This document shows positions 1-10,519 of a stretch of 64,000 nt of DNA, piece after piece. The notes beneath the pieces are model-generated. The model ran no database searches, had not been told where the DNA came from, and was given only the letters and a program-made list of their open reading frames with translations. Where the stretch lies: positions 2,400,001-2,464,000 of the forward strand of contig CAUVXB020000002.1 of the NCBI GenBank assembly GCA_963555825.3, written 5' to 3'. A program made the translations under genes and the position numbers. Every line of letters starts with the position of its first letter. Position 1 is the stretch's first letter. The DNA comes from Alphaproteobacteria bacterium. Its GTDB lineage: Bacteria; Pseudomonadota; Alphaproteobacteria; JAAXGF01.

Positions 1-295
1 CGCGGACAAGCCCTGCTTCACCAGCGAGCACGTCCAAGACAGGCCGGACGGCCGCCGCGTCGTCTTTCAGGTGTGGGACTGGGCGAGCGACGGCCGCAGC
101 TACCGCGTCGATCAATTCCTCATCAAGGAGACCGACGGCCGCTATGAGCTCAAACATTTCGCGACCGAGCTCAGGGCGTTGCTGCGCGACGAAGTGATGG
201 CCGCCGTCCGAGGCGCGGGGTACGAGGAGGTCCGCTGGCATGGCCCCGAAGCGAGCGGCTACTATCAGCCGATCGTGACCGCCCGCAACCGATGA
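1..295 (+). CDS. Class I SAM-dependent methyltransferase, C-terminal part (runs off window start)
   Basis: Frame open from base 2 (ADKPCFTSEHVQDRPDGRRVVFQVWDW...YYQPIVTARNR); resembles glycine/sarcosine-type methyltransferase C-termini. Confidence 0.55.
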   Translation, partial: ADKPCFTSEHVQDRPDGRRVVFQVWDWASDGRSYRVDQFLIKETDGRYELKHFATELRALLRDEVMAAVRGAGYEEVRWHGPEASGYYQPIVTARNR

Positions 296-364
296 GCGTA
301 ATGCGCGTTTGATCGGGGCACGAATATTCCAGCGGTAACGAGCACGACCTGCGAAGCTGGTGAC

Positions 365-409
365 GACATCAAAATGGAAGACATCGAAATGGCAGACATC
401 AAAATGGAA
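365..409 (+). repeat. 3 x 15-bp tandem repeat (GACATCRAAATGGMA) encoding DIKME/DIEMA/DIKME
   Basis: gacatcaaaatggaa gacatcgaaatggca gacatcaaaatggaa. Confidence 0.85.
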
Positions 410-1240
410 GCGGCGATCTTCTTCGATTCACACGTCCCCAACGCGTTGCGACGGGCCCTGGAATACGCCGGAGACGACGGCTTCGTGGCGTCGATGCCGC
501 AGCTGCTTCGCGCCCGAGCGAACGCGCCCTACGACAACATAATCTAGAACACGTGGTTCACCTCGAATTCCGAGGAAAGCGTGGTCAAGACACCGCAAGG
601 ACAACGTGTCGTGGTGGCGGTCCATGGTGGTGGCATATACGCGTCACCGGAGCGGTTCGAGAGGACCTACCGTGCGAGTGTGAACCGTTCGAATTCGGAA
701 GGCTTTACCGGGCAATACGCCGGCAAGATCAGCGAACGGGAAGCCAGCGACGTGCTGAACGGCAGGTTATCCGACGGCACCGAAATTCCGGTTTTCCCGT
801 TCGATGAGTTCAAACGGGGAGTCGCCGACTTGCCGTGGCGCTATGCCGTCGTTTCGGATTTCGAGACGGTGAGAAAATCGACAAGAGGTTACGATCCTTT
901 CGATGTCTTGAGGGATGAACCGAATATGATCGTCCGCGCCGGTGGAGTCGAGCCGTTGGCGGCGTATCTCGACAAGGCGCAGGCCCGTCACAATACGAAG
1001 GTGATGGGGAATTGGCACCCATACAACAGGATCGATCCGGATCAGCCCCAGACTCGCATACCGTTCCTGGCCGGCAACGAAGGTGGTATGTGCACCGAGG
1101 ATGACGACGACGATGACTATGGTTACGACGCGGAATACGGCATGGGTGGCGACGCCTGTGTCCACAACATGGCCCGCTACGTCGCGGTCGCGCCGCGCAA
1201 TGTGGCGACGAGTTTGCGATATCTGCCCTTCGCGACTTGA
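374..1240 (+). pseudogene. Hypothetical protein with in-frame TAG at 545-547
   Basis: The frame of ORF 581..1240 continues upstream through one TAG (…APYDNII*NTWFTSNSEES…) to ATGs at 374/389/404. Confidence 0.6.
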
Positions 1241-2576
1241 GCGAACTCCCAGCGACAACCGCATGGCGCCAATACCCGATGCCCAGCCAAGATCCTCTTC
1301 TTACCGACATGCGCCATGCCCCTGGATGGTACGCAATACTGCCGCCCCCGGCGCCGGCCAACCGTCTAAAGGGCCAGCAGACCGCCGACTGGGTCGTGGT
1401 TGGCGCCGGCGTCACCGGTCTCGCCGCCGCCCGCCGACTGGCTGAACTCGCGCCCGAGGCACGCATCATCCTGCTCGAGGAGTACCGGGTCGGATACGGT
1501 TCCTCGGGACGAAATTCGGGCTTCATCATCGACACCCCGTACCTCACCGAGCAACTCGGCGTCGACGCCAACCGGCGCATCTCACGGCTGGTGGTCGCCG
1601 GACTCGCCGAACTCGAAGGCCACGCCCGCAAGCACGCCATCGACTGCGAGTGGTCGCCGCGGGGGCACCTGACCGCGGTCGTCGAAAGCAAGCGGGAAAA
1701 AAGGCTCCACGCCTTGTGTCGCACGCTCGACGCCAGCGACGAGACGTACGAGTGGCTCGATGGCGATGCTCTCGCCGACGTGGTTGGGACGCGCCACTAC
1801 CACGCCGCCGTCAACACGCCACGCACGGTGCTGATAAACCCGGCGGCGCTGTGCCGCGGGCTGGGGGAAACCATGCCCGACAATGTCGAGGTTTGCGAGG
1901 AGTCACCGGTGCTCCGGGTCGAGCCTGGTTCGCCGGTGCGAGTTGAATGCGCCGAAGGCTCGATCAGCGCCGCGAATGTCTTGCTCACCACCAATGCGTT
2001 CATCACCAAGCTCGGTTTTCTGAAGGGCGATGTGTTCCCGATGATTTCCTGCGCGAGCCTTTCGCGACCGCTCACTGAAGACGAACAGGCGGCCATGAGC
2101 GGCGCCCCCGACTGGGGAATCACCGGCGGCGCGACGGTGCGGCGCACGCTCTCGAACCGTATGCTGGCCCGTCATGGTTCCTACTACACGGGCGACTTCC
2201 GCTTGAGCCCGAACATGCGAAGGGAGCTTCTCGCGTCGCATTTGAAAGGCCTGCGCGCGCGCTTCCCCATGCTCGACAAGCTGGAGTTTGAAACGACCTG
2301 GGCCGGCGTCTTCTGCATGACGCGGAACTGGGCGTCGATCTTCGGCCGGCTCGAGCGCGGCGTCTTCGCCTCCCTGGGCTATCCGGGATCGGCGTGCCCC
2401 GGGGCACGATCTCGGGCAAGCTGCTCGCCGAACACGCCCTGGGCTCAGAGTCGGACCTCAACCGCGACGTCCAGGCGCTTTCCGGTCCCAAGCGCCTGCC
2501 GCCCGAACCGTTTCTCGGTCTCGGGGTCCGTGCGCGTCTGTGGTGGTACCACTGGCGCAGCCGGGCCGAGTGGTAG
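1237..2576 (+). pseudogene. FAD-dependent oxidoreductase (DAO/PuuB-like), frameshifted near 2383
   Basis: VVVGAGVTG FAD motif and GSSGRNSG; C-terminal IGVPRGTISGKLLAE continues in the frame of ORF 2394..2576. Confidence 0.8.
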
Positions 2577-2767
2577 GGCCGCCGCGCCGACGAACCTCCG
2601 GCCGCAAATTCCGGAGAGGTCCGGCTTGGCCGGTCTCGATGAGCGGGCCGCCCAGATATTGAAGTCCAGGCGCCTCGCCTCAGATGGGATTCGGGCTTTT
2701 CCTTTGCACGTTTCCCGGTCTAGATTTTTGCTGGCGATCAGGAATTGGAAGCAGAGGGGGCGCCGGC

Positions 2768-3388
2768 ATGAACCGGCTAATCGATGCCTTTGAAGGGCTT
2801 TTTGCCGCCGCCACCATATCCGGTGGAGAATTGGCGGAAACGGCAAACTTAATCCTGAAAAATGTGAACTGGGCGGGCAAGCCGAACAAGCCTGAGCCAG
2901 TGAGCCATCAGGTTGTGGATACGCATCTGGAAATGGCCTGTGCTAATGCGGGACGGTATGGGTCGAGAGCTCATAGGGTTGCAGAATGCTTGTTGGCGGT
3001 GACGGATCAGTTAAAGTGGCGGGCACGCTCAACGGACCGTGACGACGGGCCCGATGTAGCCGTCTTTTCGCGCAATTTTGCTAGCGTTTCTATCATCGGC
3101 CAAAGAGGGCTGCTGCCATCAGACAAAGTTACTGCGGGATTTAGCCTTCAAGCGCCCGACACCTACTATCCGCCACATGCCCATCACGCAGAGGAAAGTT
3201 ACTGGATCATCGGCGGCGATGGCGACTGGAAGGTCGGTACGGAACCCTGGTTCGCCGTGGAGCCGGGTGATTCCATCTATCACGCGTCAGGAGCGCGTCA
3301 TGCCATGCAGACCAACGAGCAACCGTTGCTGGCGGTCTGGTTGTGGACCAGCCATTTGGACTCCGAGGTGATGATTGTCAGGGGTTGA
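2768..3388 (+). CDS. Cupin of the DMSP-lyase family (DddQ/DddL-like)
   Basis: YYPPHAHHAEESYW and H…HAMQTNEQPLLAVWLW cupin motifs; ATG at 2768 after AGAGGGGG. Confidence 0.7.
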   Translation: MNRLIDAFEGLFAAATISGGELAETANLILKNVNWAGKPNKPEPVSHQVVDTHLEMACANAGRYGSRAHRVAECLLAVTDQLKWRARSTDRDDGPDVAVFSRNFASVSIIGQRGLLPSDKVTAGFSLQAPDTYYPPHAHHAEESYWIIGGDGDWKVGTEPWFAVEPGDSIYHASGARHAMQTNEQPLLAVWLWTSHLDSEVMIVRG

Positions 3389-3545
3389 TCGCGATCATTG
3401 ATCCAGCATTTGATCCAATATCTTCATGCGATGCGGGCCGCAGAAGAAACCCGTGCGAACATTCCATCGGTTTTCACTTCTTCCAACTGACCTAACCCCA
3501 AATTATGTACCGACGGCTACGAATGCGATCCGCGTCGATGGGTAG

Positions 3546-3776
3546 GTGGGCCGCCGGGGACGAGAGCCGCTCCAGTCGCTCGGTCAGGCTGAACATCATG
3601 GCGCCGCCTATCCGCTGCAAGCCGACGAGATTACGCCGCTAGAGGACGCCGTAAACCAGACCGACAAATGCAAGAGCAGCCTGCCTATTTATGAGAAGAT
3701 GATGGTCGCGAAAGACGCCATCGAAGGTCCGATCGTCGTCGCCGAGAAACGCAGGCCCGTGCGGAAGGGGCGATAG
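3546..3776 (+). pseudogene. Degraded C-terminal remnant of an enoyl-CoA hydratase (CaiD-like)
   Basis: KDAIEGPIVVAEKRRPVRKGR* matches the crotonase tail (EDAxEGPRAFAEKRxPVWKGR); no intact N-terminus. Confidence 0.5.
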
Positions 3777-3778
3777 CC

Positions 3779-4636
3779 ATGCAAGCCAGACAATTGGGCG
3801 ATATCACCATCACCCGCATCCTGGAGTTCCATGCGCCCATGAACCGGCCGCGCGAATTCTTCGACGAAGCAACGCCCGATGCCGTCGCGCCCCACCGCGA
3901 CTGGCTCGAACCCTGGGCGCTCGACCCGGTGACGGGCAAGATGGTCATGGCCTGCCAGTCCTATCTGGTGCGCACGCGCCACCACACCATCCTGATCGAC
4001 ACCTGCGTCGGCTGCCACAAGTCGGTCGGGTGGGTGCCCGAGGGCTGGCGGCGCGACGACCGGACCTGGCTCGACAACCTGATCGCGGCCGGGGTCGGTC
4101 CCGGCGACATCGATTACGTCTTCTGCACCCACTTTCACTCCGACCACAGCGGCTGGAACACCCGGCTCGTCGACGGCCGCTGGGCGCCGACCTTCGCCAA
4201 CGCCCGCTACATCTTCGCCCGCGCGGAATACGCCGCCGCCGAGGCCGAGAACGACAGCGTGTTCCGCGAGAACGTGCTGCCCGTCATGGAGGCCAAGCAG
4301 GCCGTGCTGGTCGACATGGACTATGCGCTCGACGACCAAGTCTGGCTCGAGCCGACCCCCGGCCACACCACGGGCCACGTCTCCGTCAACCTCGCCTCGA
4401 AGGGCGCGCGCGCGGTCATGTACGGCGATTTGATGCACAACCCGATCCAGCTCGCCCATCCCGAATGGAGCCCCAGTTTCGACCACGACGGCGTCCAGTC
4501 GACGGCGACCCGCAAGGCCTTTCTCGACAGTCACTGCGAGACCGATACCCTGGTGCTGACGTCGCACTTCCCCTCGCCCTCGGTCGGCCGGGTGGTGCGC
4601 CACGCCGAACGCGCCTTCGACTTCAACTACGCGTAA
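3779..4636 (+). CDS. MBL-fold metallo-hydrolase
   Basis: THFHSDHSG (HxHxDH), PTPGHTTGH, GD, TSHF. Confidence 0.9.
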   Translation: MQARQLGDITITRILEFHAPMNRPREFFDEATPDAVAPHRDWLEPWALDPVTGKMVMACQSYLVRTRHHTILIDTCVGCHKSVGWVPEGWRRDDRTWLDNLIAAGVGPGDIDYVFCTHFHSDHSGWNTRLVDGRWAPTFANARYIFARAEYAAAEAENDSVFRENVLPVMEAKQAVLVDMDYALDDQVWLEPTPGHTTGHVSVNLASKGARAVMYGDLMHNPIQLAHPEWSPSFDHDGVQSTATRKAFLDSHCETDTLVLTSHFPSPSVGRVVRHAERAFDFNYA

Positions 4637-4757
4637 CGTCCTGGGACGCCGTTAGATTCGACCCTCATGCCCTTAGCGGATTTCCTGCGCCGGACCGACC
4701 GCCTCGCTGTCGTTGAATGCTCGATCCGCCAGCGCCTCGCGTCTGAATCGTCGACTT

Positions 4758-5726
4758 CTAGAGCCCGGAAATGGCGGCCAGGCCGATGCCGCTTTCGCCA
4801 GCGCCGCAATAGAGCAGATAGATCTTGCGTCCGCGTCCTCGAAGACGCCGGGATCGCGCAGCTCTCGGACCCGTCGGTCGGCCGCGCCCATGATCGACGG
4901 CTCGGCGGGCAGGTCGGCGCCTTCCCACTCCAATTCCGGTTCAAGAACGGTGGCCGGGTCGCGCAGCGTCCAGTCGGTCCAGTGACGCGTCAGGTCGAGC
5001 TCGGCGTGGAGGATGTTTGACGGCCCCTCGCCGGCGGGGCTGTAGAAGACGTGCAGCCTGTCCGCCAGCCGAAGCACCGCGCCGTGCCCGCAGCCCCGGT
5101 CGATCCCGCCGCCGCCGCCCGAGGCCGTGATATTTGGCCCGCACTCGAACGGCCCCCTGCCACCGGAGCGCGCGCCGAAGTCCGCCGCCCGTGACGAGCG
5201 CATAGACGTGATTCCCATAGGCGAAGGCGCGGAAGTAGGGCGGACCGAGCAGCGGCTCCAGCGGTTCGAACGTGACGCCATCGCGCGAGGTGGCTAGCCG
5301 GGTCTGCTGGTCACCGTTCCACAGCAGACCGTGGTAGTACATGCGAATGCGTCGATCACCGTGGTCGACGTGAACGTCGGGCGAGGCGACGTGCGCATAG
5401 AGATACCCGCCCTTCAACTGCCCGGCCCAAGGCGGCCGGTCGGCTTCGGGCGGCTCCGGCGGATCGACGGGTTCGAACAGTGACTCCGCGACGTCGAGAA
5501 CGCCCGGCGTGTGCAGTGTCCAGGGACCGGTCAACGCGTCGGCGTAGGCCAGGCGAATGTAGGCGCCTTTGTGAGCCGCGAAATAGAGATAGTAGCGGCC
5601 GAGCCGGCCCTCGACCCAGTTCGGCACGCGGATCAGCGATGGACCGTTGATGTTGTCGCCGATGCGCGCATCCATGTTCGGACGGATGATCGGCTCGTCC
5701 AGAAGGCGGGTGACGGCGACCGGCAT
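4758..5726 (-). pseudogene. Glycoside-hydrolase-like beta-propeller protein with two frameshifts (~5170, ~4830)
   Basis: NINGPSLIR…YYLYFAAHKG…HVASPDV in ORF 4941..5726, continuing as LHVFYS…ELRDPGVFED (ORF 4673..5281) and KIYLLYCGAGESGIGLA* in a third frame. Confidence 0.65.
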
Positions 5727-5889
5727 CCGCCCAAGCTAGCCGCAATCATCCATCACGGCCATCCGATTCGGCCAAGACGAGCCCCACCCAAGACCAAGCC
5801 CCGCCGCCGATCGCCGCATCGGCCAGTTCGGCAAGACAACACCGTCGACACGGTGTATGGCGAGTGGTCCTCATGGAGTGCTATCGGTC

Positions 5890-7573
5890 CAGACTGTGTA
5901 AGAACGTTTGCTGCGTGATCTGTACGGCGCGTCTTTGGCTTCGATGATCCGTCGCGGCGGGTATTCCGGGATTAAGGATTTTCGCCACTCGTGCGGACCT
6001 GTCGGCCGGCTGGCGCCGGTGTGAGCTGCGATTTGGCCGGATATGGGCGCAATTTGCGGCGCAGAGAGGCCTATGCGGTCCTCATCGCCGCGATCAGCGG
6101 GTCGATGCCCGTGATGTTCATGACGCGCTTGAGATTGTAGGCCAGCACGTGCAGGGCCATCTCGGTCCTCACCCGTTTCAGCGTCTTCGTCTGGAAATGC
6201 GTCGCGCCCATCCAGGACTTGATGGTGCCGAAGGGATGCTCGGCCGTCTCGCGCCGCCGACGCATCGCCTCCGGGTGCTCGTCGAGCCGCCTCTCGACGG
6301 CCTCGAGAACATGCTCGTGCTGCCAGCGGGTGATGCGGCGCTGCTTGGCCGTGGTGCAGCGATGCTTGATGGCGCATCCCTGACAGGCGTTGGTCCAGTA
6401 GCGCCGCATGCTCAGCCCCCTCTCCTGGCTGGTGAAGCGGTAGACCAAACGCTCGCCGGCCGGGCAGCGATAGACATCGTCGGCGGCCAGATAGACGAAG
6501 TCCTGTTTGCCGAAGCGGCCCTTGGCCTTGGCTCCAGAGGTCAGCGGCTTAGGCAATGTGACGGTGATGCCGGCCTCATCGCAGGCCAGAATCTCCTTGC
6601 CGTTGTAGTAGCCGCGATCGGCAACGACATCCAACTCGTCGGTCTCCAGAGCCGCCTTGGTCCGCTTCGCCATGGCTGAGAGCTGGGCGCGGTCGGTGCC
6701 CTGATTGGTCACCTCGTGGGCGACGATCAGGTGGTGCTTGGTGTCGACGGCGGCCTGAACGTTGTAGCCGACCACGCCGGAACCCCGGCCGCTCGTCGCC
6801 ATCGAGCGGGCATCGGGATCGCTCAGAGAGATCTGCTGGTCCGGGCTCGCACGCCGCTCGACTTCAAGCGCCTTCAGGCGCCGCATCTCCTCCTTGAGGA
6901 TCGCGATCTTGTCGGCCAGACGAGTCGTCTTGGTCGTGCGCGCCAGCGACGGCTCTTGCCGGTCGGCGCTGTCCAACTGGTCCAGATAGCGCGCAACGCT
7001 CTCCTCGATCTGCGCCACCCGCCGCGCCATCTTGGCCCGCGTGAAGTTCCTGTCCCGGCTGTTGACCGCCTTGAACTTCGAGCCATCGATCGCCACGCTC
7101 GCCTCGGCGAACAGCCCGAGTTGCCGGCACAGCGCGACGAACCGGGCGCAGACCTTGCGGATCGCACGGCCGTTGTCCTTGCGGAAGTCGGCGATCGTCT
7201 TGTGATCCGGCGCCAGCCGGCCGACCAGCCACATCACTTCCACATTGCGCCCGGCCTCCCTCTCGAGCCGACGGCTCGACTGAACCCGGTTGAGATAGCC
7301 GTAGATGTAGAGCTTCAACAAATCGCAAGGATGATAGGCCGGCCTGCCGGTCGCCAGCGGCTCGACCCGGTCGAACCCGAGGCCGCCAAGATCGAGCTCA
7401 TCGACGAAGACGTCGATCGCCCGAACCGGGTTGTCGTCGCCGATCCAGTCTTCCAGGCGCTCCGGAAACAACGTGCCCTGGCTGCGATCGACACCCTCGA
7501 CAAAACGCTTCATCAGACCCTCCCGCCAAAGCACGAGAGAATCATAACACCATCGACGTTTTTACACAGTCTG
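5890..7573 (-). mobile_element. IS1182-family insertion sequence
   Basis: TIRs cagactgtgtaagaacg / cgtttttacacagtctg; GGTC direct repeat on both sides. Confidence 0.9.
6071..7513 (-). CDS. IS1182-family DDE transposase
   Basis: MKRFVEG…NPVRAID…LKLYIYGY…SSRRLE…APDHKTIADFR…AIDGSK…ADRGY…EHPFGTIK. Confidence 0.92.
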   Translation of the reverse strand: MKRFVEGVDRSQGTLFPERLEDWIGDDNPVRAIDVFVDELDLGGLGFDRVEPLATGRPAYHPCDLLKLYIYGYLNRVQSSRRLEREAGRNVEVMWLVGRLAPDHKTIADFRKDNGRAIRKVCARFVALCRQLGLFAEASVAIDGSKFKAVNSRDRNFTRAKMARRVAQIEESVARYLDQLDSADRQEPSLARTTKTTRLADKIAILKEEMRRLKALEVERRASPDQQISLSDPDARSMATSGRGSGVVGYNVQAAVDTKHHLIVAHEVTNQGTDRAQLSAMAKRTKAALETDELDVVADRGYYNGKEILACDEAGITVTLPKPLTSGAKAKGRFGKQDFVYLAADDVYRCPAGERLVYRFTSQERGLSMRRYWTNACQGCAIKHRCTTAKQRRITRWQHEHVLEAVERRLDEHPEAMRRRRETAEHPFGTIKSWMGATHFQTKTLKRVRTEMALHVLAYNLKRVMNITGIDPLIAAMRTA

Positions 7574-7731
7574 GGTCATTTGCAGACCTCCAGCGAGCTC
7601 GTCTCCGACGTCCGCTTTGGAGCGGCGAGCGGACCTAGAACGCGCGGCTCCCGAAATTCACGATAGGCACGTCCGCTTTCGGGCGCGAAGCAGACCCCGC
7701 GGCGTTTGCTGCCCAATGTCCGTTCCTGGCC
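7574..7731. repeat. Cluster of degenerate REP-like palindromes (GTCCGCTTT…AAGCGGAC type)
   Basis: gtccgctttgga…gagcggacc and gtccgctttcggg…aagcagacc; similar to 12050-12180. Confidence 0.55.
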
Positions 7732-7891
7732 GAGGCTGTTGAAGAAGTCGGTTGCGGAACCAAACTCGCCAATTTCCCGGAACCAATGAGAATTCGATTT
7801 CAATGAAATCAAAGGCTTAGGAAAACACCGATTTCGGAGAATTGGCAATTCAGGCTCAAAATGGATGTTTCGGGACTTTTTCAACAGCCTC
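7732..7891. mobile_element. MITE inserted in the loop of a REP-like palindrome
   Basis: TIRs gaggctgttgaagaagtc / gactttttcaacagcctc; flanks caatgtccgttcctggc / gccaggaccggacattg are inverted; AT-rich interior. Confidence 0.75.
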
Positions 7892-8132
7892 AGCCAGGAC
7901 CGGACATTGGTGCAATTCATACAAGCAACCTTAATTCGGTACATCGCGACGCCGGTGGCCGCTGCCGTCATAGCGCACTATCCCGAAAAGGGAAGCCCAT
8001 CCAAGGAATGGAGGTAACCCGAACGGACTCTACTTGAAGTGAGCCGCATACGTTGGTTGAAGACATACACGGGAAGGGCAGCGTCGCGCCTGAGATGTGG
8101 TGTGTCATCATTTGGGTTCGACCCTTGCCGAC

Positions 8133-8846
8133 TCAGAACGCGTAAACCAGACCGAGTACCAGATCGTGGGAGGTGTAGTTGTCGGCGGTGATGCGGTCGC
8201 CTGTCGAGAACGCACCGGTGTCGATTTCGCCGAGGTTGATGTACCGGTAGCCTATTTCACCCACCCAATCCGATGTTATCGCGAAACGCAGGCCGGCGGC
8301 AGCGCTGAATGCGAAGTTGTTGACGGCGTTGTTCGTTTTCGGTCGTGCCAAGGAACTGCTGTCGCCGCGCTGGGAATCGGCGTGATTGCGTGACCATCCC
8401 AGGCCGACACCCAGATACGGTCGCCACCAATAGTCTGTGCTGATGTCAAGGTATAGGTTCAGCATGACGGTGTCGGATGTGACGTCGGTCTTGTAACCGA
8501 CCTTCGGCGGGCCACTCGCTACGGTATCGAAGTCGAGTTGGAAGCGGTGCGTGTACTCCAATTCGGTGCGAACTGGAAGGCCGTGCTTGCTCCAATGATA
8601 ACCCACCATTGCAGCACCACCGATCACCGCTTGGCGGTCGGAACCCAGATCGCCATCGCGCAGCCGGAAGACGCCTCCCGGGCCTCCCATGACCGTCTCA
8701 TCCTCGATCTGCGCCACGGTCGGAACGGCGCAAAAACCGGCGTACCATCCGAGATCGTTGACGTCGGCGAAAGCCGACCCGGTTGCGAGCACGCATACAA
8801 CCATGGCCGGTAGTACCACTACCGGATTCAAATGCCTTGAATTCAT
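8133..8846 (-). CDS. Outer-membrane beta-barrel protein (opacity/OmpA-like porin family)
   Basis: Signal peptide, RTELEY, PYLGVGLG, GYRYINLG, C-terminal YAF. Confidence 0.85.
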   Translation of the reverse strand: MNSRHLNPVVVLPAMVVCVLATGSAFADVNDLGWYAGFCAVPTVAQIEDETVMGGPGGVFRLRDGDLGSDRQAVIGGAAMVGYHWSKHGLPVRTELEYTHRFQLDFDTVASGPPKVGYKTDVTSDTVMLNLYLDISTDYWWRPYLGVGLGWSRNHADSQRGDSSSLARPKTNNAVNNFAFSAAAGLRFAITSDWVGEIGYRYINLGEIDTGAFSTGDRITADNYTSHDLVLGLVYAF

Positions 8847-9064
8847 TGGAAAATCTACCCGAAAATCCCCAGATGGCCGCCGGCTCCGAGGGCCAAACTA
8901 CGCATTCGGGGTCCTGACCGCAACATGCGGCCGAATGCGCGAGGGCAGACCTTTCTGAAGATCGCTCTAATCGACCGGTGCAACCGACTCAAGGCAGGGC
9001 CCTCGACCACAAGATGCGTTCCAAACAATGGTCTGCTCAGTTTGAGGAAAGTCGGCTCTGGGTC

Positions 9065-9226
9065 CAGCCTGTGTGAAAACATCGGCAAATACCACTAATT
9101 GGAGAGTGTTAGGTCAATTCTTCTAGAGCACTCTCTGATAAGATGTTGATTTGGCTGAACTTAGAAATTCGAAAATTCAGAGAAAATCGCGCCGAGAGCA
9201 CTCGGGAGCAGTTTTCACACAGTCTG
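9065..9226. mobile_element. Non-autonomous IS1182-derived MITE
   Basis: TIRs cagcctgtgtgaaaac / gttttcacacagtctg nearly identical to those of 5890..7573; same GGTC duplication. Confidence 0.8.
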
Positions 9227-9231
9227 GGTCA

Positions 9232-9478
9232 TGTGTGGACGGCTCCGGTTTGGCAAGGATTGTTTTGAGGTTGCTGCAAGCTGGTCGGGTGCAGTCATGT
9301 GTCCGGCCTGTTGATGCGGTGCTCATGACCGCTGGCCCTAATGCGATCCGCGGGATCGGGTCCCAATCACAAGGACGCGCTTGATGCGCCGTGACCCAAA
9401 CGGGTTTTTCCGACCCTCGGTTCGACCGATTTTGCATTACCTCACGTTCACCCCGCCAATAACGTTGCCTTCGCCGCC
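9232..9478 (-). ncRNA. Putative bridge/seek RNA region of IS1111-type element 1
   Basis: ~250-bp NCR downstream of the recombinase, homologous to 50450-50680, containing segments that match its own junctions; RNA ends not determined. Confidence 0.7.
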
Positions 9479-10507
9479 TTAAACTTCGGCTGGCGCCGGC
9501 TGGCGGTAGGGTTCGCCAGTGACCAGCACCGCCCAGGCGGTTCGGGCAATCTTGTTGGCCAAGGCCACGGCCGCGACCTTGGTCGGTTTTTGACGCACGA
9601 GGTCGCCCAGCCACGGGTTCTTCTCGAAGTTTGTCTTTCGTCCGTGTCGGATCACGGACATGGCGCCGGCGACCAGCAACCACCTGAGATATTGATCGCC
9701 CTGTTTGGATATCCGGCCCATGCGTTGCTTACCTCCGGTCGAGTCCTGTCTGGGCACCAGACCGATCCAGGCGGCCAACTCGCGGCCGGACTTGAAGACC
9801 GAAGGGTCCGACACCGAGGCAACCAGCGCCGTGGCGATAATCGGCCCGATGCCCGGTATGGTCTCGAGCCGCCGGCTGGCCTCGTTCGAACGATGCCAGG
9901 CGTGGATGCGCCGCTCGGCGACGGCGATCTCCTCGTGCAATGACATGAACTGTCTCGCCAGACCTTCGAGGCAGGCTCGCGCGATTGGTGGCAGCCGCTC
10001 ATCGTCGCCATCGGCGATCACCGCAAAGAGCTCTTTCACCCGCGGGATGCCGACCGGCGCGACGATGCCGAACTCGGCCATATGGCCGCGGATCGCGTTG
10101 ACCAGCATGGTCCGCTGACGGACCAGCAGCTCCCGGGTTCGGTGCACCATCAGAACACTCTGCTGCTCAGGCCCCTTCACCGCGACAAACCGCATGGTCG
10201 GCCGCGTCACCGCCTCGCAGATCGCCGCCGCGTCGGCCGCGTCGTTCTTGTTGCGCTTGACATAGGGCTTCACGTAATGCGGTGGCATCAGCTTGACCCG
10301 ATGACCCAACCCGATCAGTTGCCGAGCCCAATGGTGTGCCGTGGCGCAGGCCTCGATGCCAATCAGGCACGGCGGCAGCTTCTCGAAAAACGGCAAGACC
10401 CGGGACCGGCGCAGCTGGCGGCGGATCACCACGGTGCCCTCATCGTCAACTCCGTGGACCTGGAAAACGTTCTTCGCAAGATCAAGACCGATCGTGGTAA
10501 CTTCCAT
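9479..10507 (-). CDS. IS110-family DEDD recombinase
   Basis: IGLDLAKNVFQVHG, IEAC, KNDAADA, GLVPRQDSTGGK. Confidence 0.95.
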   Translation of the reverse strand: MEVTTIGLDLAKNVFQVHGVDDEGTVVIRRQLRRSRVLPFFEKLPPCLIGIEACATAHHWARQLIGLGHRVKLMPPHYVKPYVKRNKNDAADAAAICEAVTRPTMRFVAVKGPEQQSVLMVHRTRELLVRQRTMLVNAIRGHMAEFGIVAPVGIPRVKELFAVIADGDDERLPPIARACLEGLARQFMSLHEEIAVAERRIHAWHRSNEASRRLETIPGIGPIIATALVASVSDPSVFKSGRELAAWIGLVPRQDSTGGKQRMGRISKQGDQYLRWLLVAGAMSVIRHGRKTNFEKNPWLGDLVRQKPTKVAAVALANKIARTAWAVLVTGEPYRQPAPAEV

Positions 10508-10519
10508 CTTGGGCGGCTC

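Noticed and set aside
365-409. CRISPR-like array
   Set aside because: Contiguous 15-bp repeats without spacers and no cas genes; no CRISPR array seen anywhere in the window
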